Part shown: in pieces, positions 9,101 to 18,134 of the stretch | Numbering within the stretch: position 1 is the stretch's first letter | Layout: each line of letters opens with the position of its first letter | DNA from: a virus | Taxonomy: Duplodnaviria; Heunggongvirae; Uroviricota; Caudoviricetes | Strand: one strand, 5' to 3' | DNA length: 64,000 nucleotides | Virus record (IMG/VR): IMGVR_UViG_2541047938_000006 | The notes under the pieces: model-generated | Database searches by the model: none | What the model saw: the letters and a program-made list of their open reading frames with translations, nothing else | Told to the model about the DNA's origin: nothing | Program-made: the position numbers and the translations under genes

Positions 9101-12100
9101 CGACCGGATCACCATTTTTATCCACAGCATCAAGCAGCATCACAACCGCATTTCTTTCTGTCGCGGAACGGTAAATTGCATCCGGATTGTGCATCAGTTC
9201 CGGAAGTCTCTCGATAACATCCATTGGCACCACATGTTTCACGCCATTGGTAGCCTTCCGCACAGTGTCGCGGGAGATAACCAGCGGCAAATCTGGTGCG
9301 CCAAGGTGGCGCAATACCGGCGGCGTACGCCCGATGTTTGCAGTCATTGCACCAGAACGTAACGACTTCATCATTCTGGCAAGGTCATCACGATAACGCT
9401 CGCCCTCACCTTCCGGCACTTTGAACGGATCAGGCTTACCGCTACGGGAGTACTGAGACGATGCGCCAGCGCCATCCTCACGCGGCGTGTAACCTTCCCG
9501 CACACGCTGGCCTAACGTGCGAATAGTTTCGCGAACAAGTCTGATATCGTTCAGCTCTGTCGGCTTCAGTAACCCCGTGCGACGCAGTACCCCTTTGACC
9601 AGGGCAACAACACGCTCCCACGCCGCCACAAATTTATTCGGCTGTTTCTCCGCCATATGTGCCAGAAATTCACCTGCCTGCACTTCCGGTGATTCCTTAC
9701 CATAAGACGCATCAACCTTACGCCAGGCGTCACGGATGGTGGCGTTATCACTGTCACGGGTTTTCAGTACGGTCTTAATAATCGTCTGATATTCCGCTGG
9801 CGTGACTACATGCTCCATTGCATGGTGAATAATCTCGTGACGTAACTTCTCGCGAACGGTCCGCCCGTCAGGGATGTTATCCGCCACCAGGACAATTTCA
9901 CGTTTATCCGGACGATAGAACGCATGCACCCTGCCGTAACCGTCGAACGATTCACCCGCCAGCGCTTCAGCCTCTTTCTGTGACTTCACCACGCGGACCT
10001 TCAGGTCACTGTCCTTAATGCCACTCATCACGCCACGGGCAACCGCTTCAACCTGCGGGACCGGGCTGCCTTTGGCTTCCGCACTGCGGTTAACATCCGA
10101 AATGAGATTGCCTTCAGGTGTGCGGGTCACGCCCTTACGGGAATAAAACGCAACGCCCTTGTCCGTCTTACGGGTTTTCAGCGTACTGAACAGGTGATCG
10201 AATGCATCACGAATACCGCCATCCAGTTCCGCATTCGTCGGATAAGCCCAGGTGTTATCTGTGTTGTGCTCAGGTGCCTTACGGATATTGACCAGATAAT
10301 CATTCTCCACGCCAGCCGTACGCGCTTTATCCTGAACATAACGCTCAAAGGCACGCGCCGCCATTTCAACATCCGTTGACCAGTACGGTTTTGAGCGCAC
10401 CTCATCGAGAAGCGCTGAACGACGCGGCATGTCACTGCTGTTGATCGCTTTCATCACGCCTTTAAACGCGTCGTAAACCTCCTGACGTACCGGATATTCC
10501 GCATCAACATATCTGCCGTCTTTAAATACGCGCCCGGCACGTTGTGCTTCCGTCATATAGTCGCCACCTGACGTGATCTTCCCGTCAGTGGAAACATCAT
10601 AACGACCAAAATAATTATCCAGTGAATGGAACCATTCGTGGGCCAGCGCCCCCGGTCCGTTACCTTTTGTCAGGTTGATTGCCACCTCACCCGGCTCATA
10701 GTGTGCCGCCGCCTTACCCTTACCACGGGCACCAAAAGCAAGCCCAAGACGACCATTCAGGGAAAGCGCTTTTGTCGGAACGTTCAGCACGTCAGCCAGG
10801 TCATGCAGCGAGTCATAAGCCCGGTTCAAATCAGCCTGACGACGCGGACCTTCCACATAATTACCAAACTGCACACCACGGAAACCAAACGCATCACTGA
10901 ACTGCTCCGGCGAAACATCCCCTTTGCGGCGTTCTGGTCCGGTGCGGTCGCGGTTAGTGGCGTTACGCTGCTCCTCACGCGAAATCTCCCGCATCTCCTT
11001 CACATGACGAACAAGCTCATCACGATGTGAATCAATGTACTTACGCGCATCACTGGCTGACTTAAAACCACCTCTCACCCGCATTTTGTTTTTGCCGTAA
11101 GCGATAAAAATATCGCCACTACGGGTATTCCGGTAAACGTCAAAGCTGATTTTGTCATCTGGTGACGGTGCTGTTTTTTCATCACCTTTCGCCCGTGACT
11201 TTTCCTCCTGCTCTGCAAACCAGGCTTTCGCCTTTGTCAGTAATTCATCCCTGCTTTCCGAGAAAAAGAGGTTACTCCCCTTATTGTCCTTATTGCGCAG
11301 TGAATAAAGTTTCTGTGGCGGATCGTAACGCTTCCCTCCGGCCGCCTGATACACACCGGATACCACCCGATAAGCAGAAGCCTTGTCCATCTGTGAGGGT
11401 GGCAGAGTGCGTAACAGTTGCCAGGTATCCGCGTAACGGGAGGGCATTCTGCCTTCCATCCATTCTGCGAGGCGTTTCGCGCTGACCGTTCCGTTCAGCA
11501 TTTCCGATACACTGTGTCGTACTTTTTTTACGCTCTCCCCCCAGCCAGCCGTATTGTGTTTCGTCTTCGCCGGAATATCGCTACGATACAGCGCTATCAT
11601 TGCCAGGGTGTCAGCATCAGCCCCTTCGCTCGCCAGTTTTGCGTAGTCCGGTTTCGGGAACAGTTTGCTCAGCGGCTGCGTGGCATAATCCCTGTCTTCC
11701 AGCGTTTTACCCAGTGTTTCAGCAAGCTGTGCATAACGGTGTTTGGCTGCCCCTTTAATTTCCTCGCCAAAGTCTTCAATTTTTTTGCCCCTGACTTCAC
11801 CTCCGCGCACAGTAGCTTCCCTGTCAGTAGAGACAGTTGTTTCAGATTCAGGTGCGATTGTCTCAGGCTGCGGGATGTCACGATTTCCTCCGGCCTGTCG
11901 ACGTACTTCTGCCTGCTGTGCGAGCTCAGGCAATGAGTTACGAACAGTTCGGGGAAGCTGATCAGGCTGAGGCATACGGACATTGTGTGTAATGTCCGGA
12001 GCCGGTAGACCTTCACGTACCAGCGCTGTGGCGTTCTGCTCATCCGGTGACGGCAGACCACGACGAACTGTTTCGCCCTCCAGTATTTCCCCCTGGCGAC

Positions 12101-14486
12101 CAGCGGCATTTTCCGGTGCCTGCGCACGTCCTTTCTGGAAACTCTGGCCCTTCACCTCACCGGTTGTGGTAAAACGACCACCACGTCCGGCCTGATTTTC
12201 ATCCGGCGTACGCGCTACTTCTCCCGGTAACGGATATCCCTGTCCGGGATGAATATCGCCGGGAGCGGGAAGGCGTGGACGCTCAGTTAACTCCTGTGCT
12301 GTCGGACCGGCATCACCTTCAGCCATCTGGGAACGCACCAGTTCTTCCGCCGTCGGCGCGTTGCCACGGGCAAGACGGGCCTGCACTTCTGTATCATCCC
12401 CCGTAAAACCACGGAATCGCGGGTCACGCATGAACGCGGGCTGTTCCATCGGATCAGCATCAGTAATACGCTCTCCGTCAGCCAGAGTGTTAATGGTCTC
12501 CGTTGCCACATCTTCAGAGAACGCAGGATTATCCATTTCAACGGCATACTGATTCTCGCCTTTCTTCACTACGGACGGTTTCAGGCCGGTGGCGCTGGCA
12601 TTGCGGAAAACGTCGCTCCCCAGAGCACTTTTTTCATCCGTGAAATAACGGTTGTCCGGACGCACCTTTTCAATGCGTTCTGCTGGTCTGGACGCACCAC
12701 TCCCGTTAATTTCAATACGAACTTCATCCGGATCGCGGAACCGCACCGTCGGGTAAATACTCCCGTCGCCATCATCCGCATTTTCCGGCTGTGGCTGTGC
12801 CTCCGGTCTGGCCTCCTGCTGAGGGCGAAGCACATCACGGATAGCCTGTAACTGCTGCTCTTCAGTATCAGTACGCCCTTCCTTCAGGCTGAGTTTTCGG
12901 TATTCCTCAAGCAGTTCAGGGCGCGGCTTCGCCTTCAGCTCATCCATCACCGCCTGTCGCTTCGCCTGTTCATCCAGTTCATTTAACAGCTGGCTGGCGG
13001 CTTCCCGGCGATGAACGGCAGACGTGTCTCCCTCAGGTGCCATATCCGCATCAGCATACTGTTCCAGAAGTTGCTCGCGATTCATGCCCTGCATGGATTC
13101 GCGATGCTGTGCCACCGGATCAGCCGGTTCGGGTTGCGGGGCTGCTTCACCCTGCTGTACGACTTCAGCCTCACGCATGGCGGTTTCTTCTGCGGCCTGA
13201 CGTTTTCCACGATATCCGGCAACCGCACCGAACGGTGCGCCCATCGCAGCACCAAGGGCTGCACCTTCGATCGTTGCGTCAGCCACGCCCTCCCCCGGTG
13301 ACACATCCATTCCGGCGGTCTCACGCAATGCCGTGTTTTCCTGATAGCGTGAATAGCCACCCTGCGCCGCATTAATCGTCCCCTGTTCCGTGGCATTTCT
13401 GACAATGCCGCTTTTAACGGTCTTCGCCGTGCCCCGCATCGCCAGATTAAACAACTGAGCATCGCCCAGTTTTGCCGCCATGGCATTCACAGCCAGCAAT
13501 TCAGGATCGGTTGCCAGCTGCGCGCGCACCTCATCGGCAACACGCTCTTTTGCCAGGTCCATTTTCTGGCGATCAGTAAGCTGTGCGTGCTGTGGATCTG
13601 CATCAATTGACAAAAACGTCTGCTGAAATTTCGGTGACTGCGCCAGCTCAGCGTAATCCGCATTAAGAACAGCATCTGCTGCCGACATTGCACTCTGCCC
13701 CTGTGCACTGGCTGTGGAATGGGTGATCAGGCCCGCATGGAAGAAATCCGTCATTTTTTTATCGACAGCTTCTGCTGCCAGTGCCGTGGCTCTTTCCGGC
13801 TGCACTCCTGCCGCGATGTATTTTTTCTCCAGCCCGGCGGTCAGCGTTCTTTTCAGTGCGACCTGTCCCACCTTTCTAACCACACCGCCAGCAACCAGAT
13901 CAGGTACAAGCGCACCAATCAGGTTTACACCCTTCGTCAGCAAGACCGCAGAATCATCATAGCCTTCACTCATTGGCGTGTTCAGCGCACGAACAGCACC
14001 CGGCGACATCTGATCTGTCAGCCATTCATCCGAGGCTTTGGCACCATCACTGACTGCCTTGCCTGTGGCCTTCAGACCTTTACCGACAGTATCAGTCACC
14101 GCGTTTTTCCCTGTTCCATCGGGAATGTTTTTAATCGCATCTCCAACAGAAGGTGGTGCGCCCAGTTCCTTTTGCGTGGAGGAAGGCGGCATGTAAACAT
14201 CCGTCATGAAAGACGACAACCCGGCAAGCGTTTTTACAGGATTATTTACAAGTGCATCACCGAGTCCACGGGCCATTTCCCCTGTTCCCCGGACGGACTG
14301 GGCGAAACCTTTACCCATTGTTGGCAATACATCGCCCAGGCTGAACGACGTGCTGTGATCAACAGCGTTCTCCGGGTTGTTGAAAAAATCCTGCCAGTAA
14401 TTTTCTCCCGGCTGCTTAATGTTCAGACTGCTGCGGTTCTGGTTACCCAATTGCGCTTCAGGGCGCTGCTCATCTGAAAAAGCCAT
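6108..14486 (-). CDS. Giant virion-associated polyvalent protein (2792 aa) with two zincin-like HExxH motifs
   Basis: Single uninterrupted 8.4-kb ORF with RBS GGAG 5 nt upstream; motifs ALAHEWFHSLDN and LRHEIIHHAMEH; sits at the distal end of the virion gene cluster. Confidence 0.6.
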   Translation of the reverse strand: MAFSDEQRPEAQLGNQNRSSLNIKQPGENYWQDFFNNPENAVDHSTSFSLGDVLPTMGKGFAQSVRGTGEMARGLGDALVNNPVKTLAGLSSFMTDVYMPPSSTQKELGAPPSVGDAIKNIPDGTGKNAVTDTVGKGLKATGKAVSDGAKASDEWLTDQMSPGAVRALNTPMSEGYDDSAVLLTKGVNLIGALVPDLVAGGVVRKVGQVALKRTLTAGLEKKYIAAGVQPERATALAAEAVDKKMTDFFHAGLITHSTASAQGQSAMSAADAVLNADYAELAQSPKFQQTFLSIDADPQHAQLTDRQKMDLAKERVADEVRAQLATDPELLAVNAMAAKLGDAQLFNLAMRGTAKTVKSGIVRNATEQGTINAAQGGYSRYQENTALRETAGMDVSPGEGVADATIEGAALGAAMGAPFGAVAGYRGKRQAAEETAMREAEVVQQGEAAPQPEPADPVAQHRESMQGMNREQLLEQYADADMAPEGDTSAVHRREAASQLLNELDEQAKRQAVMDELKAKPRPELLEEYRKLSLKEGRTDTEEQQLQAIRDVLRPQQEARPEAQPQPENADDGDGSIYPTVRFRDPDEVRIEINGSGASRPAERIEKVRPDNRYFTDEKSALGSDVFRNASATGLKPSVVKKGENQYAVEMDNPAFSEDVATETINTLADGERITDADPMEQPAFMRDPRFRGFTGDDTEVQARLARGNAPTAEELVRSQMAEGDAGPTAQELTERPRLPAPGDIHPGQGYPLPGEVARTPDENQAGRGGRFTTTGEVKGQSFQKGRAQAPENAAGRQGEILEGETVRRGLPSPDEQNATALVREGLPAPDITHNVRMPQPDQLPRTVRNSLPELAQQAEVRRQAGGNRDIPQPETIAPESETTVSTDREATVRGGEVRGKKIEDFGEEIKGAAKHRYAQLAETLGKTLEDRDYATQPLSKLFPKPDYAKLASEGADADTLAMIALYRSDIPAKTKHNTAGWGESVKKVRHSVSEMLNGTVSAKRLAEWMEGRMPSRYADTWQLLRTLPPSQMDKASAYRVVSGVYQAAGGKRYDPPQKLYSLRNKDNKGSNLFFSESRDELLTKAKAWFAEQEEKSRAKGDEKTAPSPDDKISFDVYRNTRSGDIFIAYGKNKMRVRGGFKSASDARKYIDSHRDELVRHVKEMREISREEQRNATNRDRTGPERRKGDVSPEQFSDAFGFRGVQFGNYVEGPRRQADLNRAYDSLHDLADVLNVPTKALSLNGRLGLAFGARGKGKAAAHYEPGEVAINLTKGNGPGALAHEWFHSLDNYFGRYDVSTDGKITSGGDYMTEAQRAGRVFKDGRYVDAEYPVRQEVYDAFKGVMKAINSSDMPRRSALLDEVRSKPYWSTDVEMAARAFERYVQDKARTAGVENDYLVNIRKAPEHNTDNTWAYPTNAELDGGIRDAFDHLFSTLKTRKTDKGVAFYSRKGVTRTPEGNLISDVNRSAEAKGSPVPQVEAVARGVMSGIKDSDLKVRVVKSQKEAEALAGESFDGYGRVHAFYRPDKREIVLVADNIPDGRTVREKLRHEIIHHAMEHVVTPAEYQTIIKTVLKTRDSDNATIRDAWRKVDASYGKESPEVQAGEFLAHMAEKQPNKFVAAWERVVALVKGVLRRTGLLKPTELNDIRLVRETIRTLGQRVREGYTPREDGAGASSQYSRSGKPDPFKVPEGEGERYRDDLARMMKSLRSGAMTANIGRTPPVLRHLGAPDLPLVISRDTVRKATNGVKHVVPMDVIERLPELMHNPDAIYRSATERNAVVMLLDAVDKNGDPVVSAVHMKATDKRLEINKVASVYGTENGKKLKSMEMAGLTLYRKEKLSRDNPQYSGLQLPKEERSYRGSVDKILYPEDIRKGPYYSRTSSLTPEETIASRFVRQMQDKFQVLKAVQENIRKTGGKIDDSNNAYMAEELFHGKAENDLNVMKERYVQPLAKLLADYKIAQADLDEYLYARHAPERNAHIAKINPKMPDGGSGMTNAEAAEIMQRVRNSGKQAQYDRLAGIVDDMLARRRELIREAGLEESGVVDAWQNAYRYYVPLKGQDVDGVVSLPRTGKGFTIGGRESRQAMGRASRAQSPSTQAIQDLSESLIRNRKNEVGNAFLKLVQDNPDKDYWQVFTDDKPDTMRAIAERVDPETGETRREVVERPVPMAMMADRYFTTKKDGKTYYIKLHDPRLMRAMKNMGPETSNAVIRTLGKVNRFLATVNTSYNPEFLVSNFIRDVQTAVMNLKAEQGRSDGKLKGLDNLSALAVVKDSRSAMSAVYASLRGKTLTGNGAQWQKVWKEFVEDGGKTGWFNMGDLEGQQKEMDRLVSLAKGGWKGQSIGAWHSFLNLVEDANGAVENALRLSAYKHARDAGLSRQQAASLAKNMTVNFNRRGEQGALMNSLYMFANASIQGTANLVRTLGHLNGDGPLPERLRWKNLNVPQKIALAAVGAGYLLGSLNRSVAGEDDDGVNWYDKVPSHVKERNLVIMKSVFGGKAGEYWSIPLPYGYNVFFLLGHTAEGVAAGDLTASRAAGNVVGGILGAFSPVGSETSETLSGALLKNAAPTILRPFANLAMNENFMGAQIYQENMPFGTPKPDSQLGRRSTPEAYKAFASWLNAFSGGSQYRPGAVDITPESLKFWIDYISGGTGRFISKTTDAAVKSLNGIDIPEQQVPFLGKISGEVMPYADQQKMYDRMTEVAQYHAELKSLTGAERTAFIDENNGKLLMNGLMQDTRKRLKDLRKQRDAIYADSSLSLAQQAAMVKSVERDMKVAVDRFNREYNKKVGVD

Positions 14487-14496
14487 ACAGACTCCA

Positions 14497-14524
14497 GTAA
14501 AAAAAGCCCGACACGATGGTCGGG
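14497..14524 (-). terminator. Intrinsic terminator between internal virion protein gene and giant gene
   Basis: Hairpin GCCCGACACGATGGTCGGGC followed on minus strand by TTTTTTT, then RBS and ATG of giant ORF. Confidence 0.6.
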
Positions 14525-14570
14525 CGTAAGTGAACGAGATTAACGGTGAGTGCGTTACTGCCGCGTATTT

Positions 14571-15833
14571 TTACTTCATCCAGCCTTTGATCTTCTCGGC
14601 AGATGCGGAAGCGCTATAATCCAGCGCCTTTTCATGCTCTGCCTTTTTATCCCTGAGGTGATTCTGGTAATAAATTTCCACCTCCTTTTCACGACCAGGT
14701 TCCAGCAAAGCAGGCATATTGGCGGCAGTCGCTTTTACAAACTCCTGTTTAACCGGATCGCCCGCCGCCCACGTCTGCCACTTCTGTAAAAGCTGTTGGG
14801 TTTTCTGTTGCTGAATTTTCTGTTGATGCGGTTGTGAACCAGTCGCAGCATAATATTCATCCACCGCAGCCTGTGCATTACCGCCATTCTTGATCGCGTC
14901 CGCCGCTACGTTGCTGGCCCCCTTCTGAAGCTCTTTCAGAGAAAGTCCCTGCTGCTTCGGCATAAAATAACCATAATTTTTCGATATCTCTGCAAATTTG
15001 CTGCGATCCCTGACCTGAGCGATAGCCTTATCAACGGGTATCGCCAGCACGGTTTGATCATCAGGGTGCGCACTGCCGTATTCTGTTACAGGTTTATGCG
15101 CGGTGGAGCCATCGCTGTATGTGAGATCAAGGCCAATAAGTACGTACCCTTCCTGCTGCGCCGGTACGATACTGCCAATCCTGGCCTCTTTTATCGTTTT
15201 TTCCCCGGTTGAATCAGTCATGCCAATACGCTGTTGTAGTTCCGGGGCAAACACGCCGGAAAGCACATCGAGATTTTCCGGGGTATTCAGCGAAGCAATC
15301 GCCCTGTCCGGCTTATCATCAAAGATTTTCTGCAGGTTGTTCACGGCCTGACCCGCTTTCGCAGCATAGCCTACCGTTGACATCATCTTAAGCGGATTGG
15401 CGTCCGATAATTTACCGAACAGATGAGAAGCCGCATCATGGTCACCCGCATCAATCGCTTTTCCCAGCGCCGCCATCACAGGCTGATCGCGCGCCAGCAT
15501 ATCGTTATACTCAAGCCGTCGCTGGTTGTATTTCTGCAACTGGAGTCGTTGCTGTTCCATCCCCAGCGACGCATTCCGGTAATTCTGGTTGGCGTTAAAC
15601 TCCCTTTCCTGCAGTGTGTAATTGCGGTCATCAACTTTGGCTCTGTAATCAAAGTTCCGCTGATCAACGTCTTTATTATGTTCAAACTGAGACTGCGCAA
15701 ATTCAAAATCGCGCTCGTTATTTTTCTGTTGCTGAGCAAGCTGTGCTTCTCGCAAACCAAGCTCCTTACGACGGGTCATTGCCTGGTCAACAGTGCTGAA
15801 TCCGGCAAGTAACCCCTGTGCAAATCCGCTCAT
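14571..15833 (-). CDS. Hypothetical virion (internal/ejection) protein
   Basis: 420-aa ORF, RBS AAGGAG 6 nt upstream; Q/N-rich coiled-coil-like N-terminus; position in structural operon. Confidence 0.45.
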   Translation of the reverse strand: MSGFAQGLLAGFSTVDQAMTRRKELGLREAQLAQQQKNNERDFEFAQSQFEHNKDVDQRNFDYRAKVDDRNYTLQEREFNANQNYRNASLGMEQQRLQLQKYNQRRLEYNDMLARDQPVMAALGKAIDAGDHDAASHLFGKLSDANPLKMMSTVGYAAKAGQAVNNLQKIFDDKPDRAIASLNTPENLDVLSGVFAPELQQRIGMTDSTGEKTIKEARIGSIVPAQQEGYVLIGLDLTYSDGSTAHKPVTEYGSAHPDDQTVLAIPVDKAIAQVRDRSKFAEISKNYGYFMPKQQGLSLKELQKGASNVAADAIKNGGNAQAAVDEYYAATGSQPHQQKIQQQKTQQLLQKWQTWAAGDPVKQEFVKATAANMPALLEPGREKEVEIYYQNHLRDKKAEHEKALDYSASASAEKIKGWMK

Positions 15834-15843
15834 TCACCACTCC

Positions 15844-16095
15844 TTAAAACAAAGAACCAGCAATGCCGCCAATTACTGCACCAGCAACAGCGCCAACAGG
15901 ACCACCAACGGATGCGCCAATAGCCGCCCCCGTACCAATGCCCGTACCGATATTCTGCTTGTTCTGCGCTTTCTGCTGCGCCGCCATCTGTTTGTTCGCA
16001 GCCTCAATTTCTTCACGTCGTCGGTCTGCGTCACTTATTCCCTGTAATGCCTCACGCCGTGACTGATTCGCAATATCCAGTAAACCGTATCCCAT
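15844..16095 (-). CDS. Small glycine-zipper membrane protein
   Basis: 83-aa ORF with RBS AAGGAGG; C-terminus GTGIGTGAAIGASVGGPVGAVAGAVIGGIAGSLF. Confidence 0.45.
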   Translation of the reverse strand: MGYGLLDIANQSRREALQGISDADRRREEIEAANKQMAAQQKAQNKQNIGTGIGTGAAIGASVGGPVGAVAGAVIGGIAGSLF

Positions 16096-16104
16096 ATTTC
16101 CTCC

Positions 16105-16557
16105 TTACGCTGACACCAGTTGTCCGCCAACACTCAGTTGCTGTCTTGCAGGTGCAGAAGCCCCCGTCAGTATGTTCATCTGACGATCCTGCTCTGCTTC
16201 ACGGATACCATTTTTCGCGCCAGCAATTGCCAGGGCATTACGTAACCCCAGCGTATTACTGTTGGGATTATCAGGTCGGTTAACGCCATATCGTGCCATC
16301 TGGTTATCCTGCGCCATCTGCGCTGTACGGAGACTGGAAGTGGCAAGGCCGCCCACCCGGGCAAGCTGTGCATTCATCAGGCTGTTGTTCTCGCCAAGGT
16401 CAGCCAGCCTTGCTACACGGGGTAAATATCTGGTGCGCCAGTCGTCGTATTGCTGGCGGGTCAGCGCTGCGGATGTCTGCCAGTCCCCCTGAGGGCGGGC
16501 TGCTCCGGTATAACCGTATCTCGCAAGTGTTTCGTATTTACCGTACTCCATAATCAC
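16105..16557 (-). CDS. Hypothetical virion protein
   Basis: 150-aa ORF in operon context, overlaps neighbour by 4 nt. Confidence 0.4.
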   Translation of the reverse strand: MIMEYGKYETLARYGYTGAARPQGDWQTSAALTRQQYDDWRTRYLPRVARLADLGENNSLMNAQLARVGGLATSSLRTAQMAQDNQMARYGVNRPDNPNSNTLGLRNALAIAGAKNGIREAEQDRQMNILTGASAPARQQLSVGGQLVSA

Positions 16558-17210
16558 AGTCTCCAGTTCTGAGCCTGATGCTGAATGGCATTAGCGCCGG
16601 TGCCAGGTGTTTTAGCACCGCCACTTCCTCCGCTACCACCAGCCTTATGCATCGCATATGCACCTACCGCACCCAAACCAGCGCCAACAAGAGAGGCTCG
16701 CCCCTGTTGTTTCGTAAACGCAGCCTGTGCGTCCGATTTAGCTTTTGCCAGACTGCTGTCTGCCAGCGAGTTAAAACTCTGTAACGCATCTGCCTTCTGA
16801 CCGGAACCGAGAGCCGCAACATCCTGTAGCCCGGCAATATATTTATCTGCCTGCGATACCTGCCCCCGTGTGGTCGTGTCAATCTGCCCGATCACCTGGT
16901 CGCTTTGATTTGCATCCATTACTGCATTAAAACGACCACTGGATGGGTCAACGCCGGACTGAGCAAGATTACCCGCCAGCTCCCTTCGCGCTTCACCAAA
17001 CTGTTTCTGATACCCAAGATTTGTTGTGCCTGCGATATTTTCGTACTGCTGCTCACTGTTAAGGTCATCGACCTTTTTCATGAAGTTATCTTCTGCCGGA
17101 CGGAGAATATTTTTGTAATCCTGCCACCCTTTCCAGGCCACCTCTTCCTGTGCTATTTGCGCTGCTGTTGGTTTTACTTTGGTATCACCACCACCTTTAC
17201 TTCCGCCCAT
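16554..17210 (-). CDS. Hypothetical virion protein
   Basis: 218-aa ORF with RBS GAGGAG 5 nt upstream; Gly-rich termini. Confidence 0.45.
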   Translation of the reverse strand: MGGSKGGGDTKVKPTAAQIAQEEVAWKGWQDYKNILRPAEDNFMKKVDDLNSEQQYENIAGTTNLGYQKQFGEARRELAGNLAQSGVDPSSGRFNAVMDANQSDQVIGQIDTTTRGQVSQADKYIAGLQDVAALGSGQKADALQSFNSLADSSLAKAKSDAQAAFTKQQGRASLVGAGLGAVGAYAMHKAGGSGGSGGAKTPGTGANAIQHQAQNWRL

Positions 17211-17303
17211 AATGGCTCCTCAGATAACAAAAAACCCTGCCGGAGCAGGGTCAGAATGTGAATTGCAATGTGGGTTTACGCTCGATGATGAATACAGTGG
17301 CAG

Positions 17304-17705
17304 TCAGACTGCTATCCTGAACACCATGAAGCCATCCTCATCATCCGGCATTCGCTCAAAGCCCAGACGTTTTCCCAGCCGGATAAATCCTCGTCTTGCC
17401 GTATAAAATTCGGCCCAGCGTCCGCCAGCCAGGCGGGTTAATGTCTTCACCTCCGGCAGATAACGCTCAACACTCTTACTCCCCGTACACACGCCCAGTA
17501 ACACCAGAACATAAGGGATACCATCGTCACTGAGCACAGAACGCAGCACCAGAAAACCATCCGGCGCTTCAAAGCAAAACGCCTGCTTTTTAAGGCAGGC
17601 GTCTTTAACTTCATTCATAAATTCAGGGTTGCGGGAATTTCTCACAACACGCTGCATATACCGGAGAATTCTGTCGTCCATTCTCTCACCTGAAACGGGT
17701 GCCAT
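17304..17705 (-). CDS. Hypothetical protein
   Basis: 133-aa ORF between hok-like gene and virion genes. Confidence 0.35.
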   Translation of the reverse strand: MAPVSGERMDDRILRYMQRVVRNSRNPEFMNEVKDACLKKQAFCFEAPDGFLVLRSVLSDDGIPYVLVLLGVCTGSKSVERYLPEVKTLTRLAGGRWAEFYTARRGFIRLGKRLGFERMPDDEDGFMVFRIAV

Positions 17706-17761
17706 ATCGGCTGAACCTCAGCAACCAGTTGACGGGGACTTTCGTCCCCGTCGCGGTTTTC

Positions 17762-17902
17762 CTACTGCTTACACTGTAAGAACGCCGCAAACTCCGCTCC
17801 CCACAAATTCAGCCGGAACTCACACAACGAGCCGTGTAACATCCAGATGGTGAAGATTACCGTCATACAAATTGTGACGGTGATGAGCGATTTTTGCGAC
17901 AT
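17762..17902 (-). CDS. Hok/Gef-family type I toxin (46 aa)
   Basis: Not in ORF track (too short). Translation MSQKSLITVTICMTVIFTIWMLHGSLCEFRLNLWGAEFAAFLQCKQ aligns with Hok-family consensus (FTWMxRxSLCExR...ELAAFLACK); RBS AGGAGG 8 nt upstream. Confidence 0.65.
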   Translation of the reverse strand: MSQKSLITVTICMTVIFTIWMLHGSLCEFRLNLWGAEFAAFLQCKQ

Positions 17903-18085
17903 AGCGCTTGCCTCCTGAGTGGAGAGGCGCTAACCTTCTACTTGCTTAAGGTATGATGGTTAGGGCCTCGGGTTAAACAAAATGTTTGACTCGGGGCCTT
18001 TCCACATCAGGCCTTCAGGTTCTCCCTCCAGCCATCAGCCGAAAGGCACCCGCGCATAATCTACGATTTTTGCCCTGCACGGGCA

Positions 18086-18110
18086 ACAAAAAACCCGCCA
18101 TCACAGCGGG
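18086..18110 (-). terminator. Intrinsic terminator downstream of lom
   Basis: Hairpin CCCGCTGTGATGGCGGG followed by TTTTTTG on minus strand, 25 nt after lom stop. Confidence 0.6.
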
Positions 18111-18134
18111 TTATGACATGTTGTCGGGTATTAC

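Noticed and set aside
6366-14477. Numerous 60-250-aa ORFs on the plus strand inside the giant gene (e.g. 13719..14477)
   Set aside because: Antisense shadow ORFs of a long GC-rich coding region; no RBS or operon context.
6108-14486. DarB-like (methyltransferase plus helicase) antirestriction protein assignment for the giant ORF
   Set aside because: No DPPY/NPPY methyltransferase motif or Walker-A helicase motif was seen; only HExxH motifs, so it is called a generic polyvalent virion protein.
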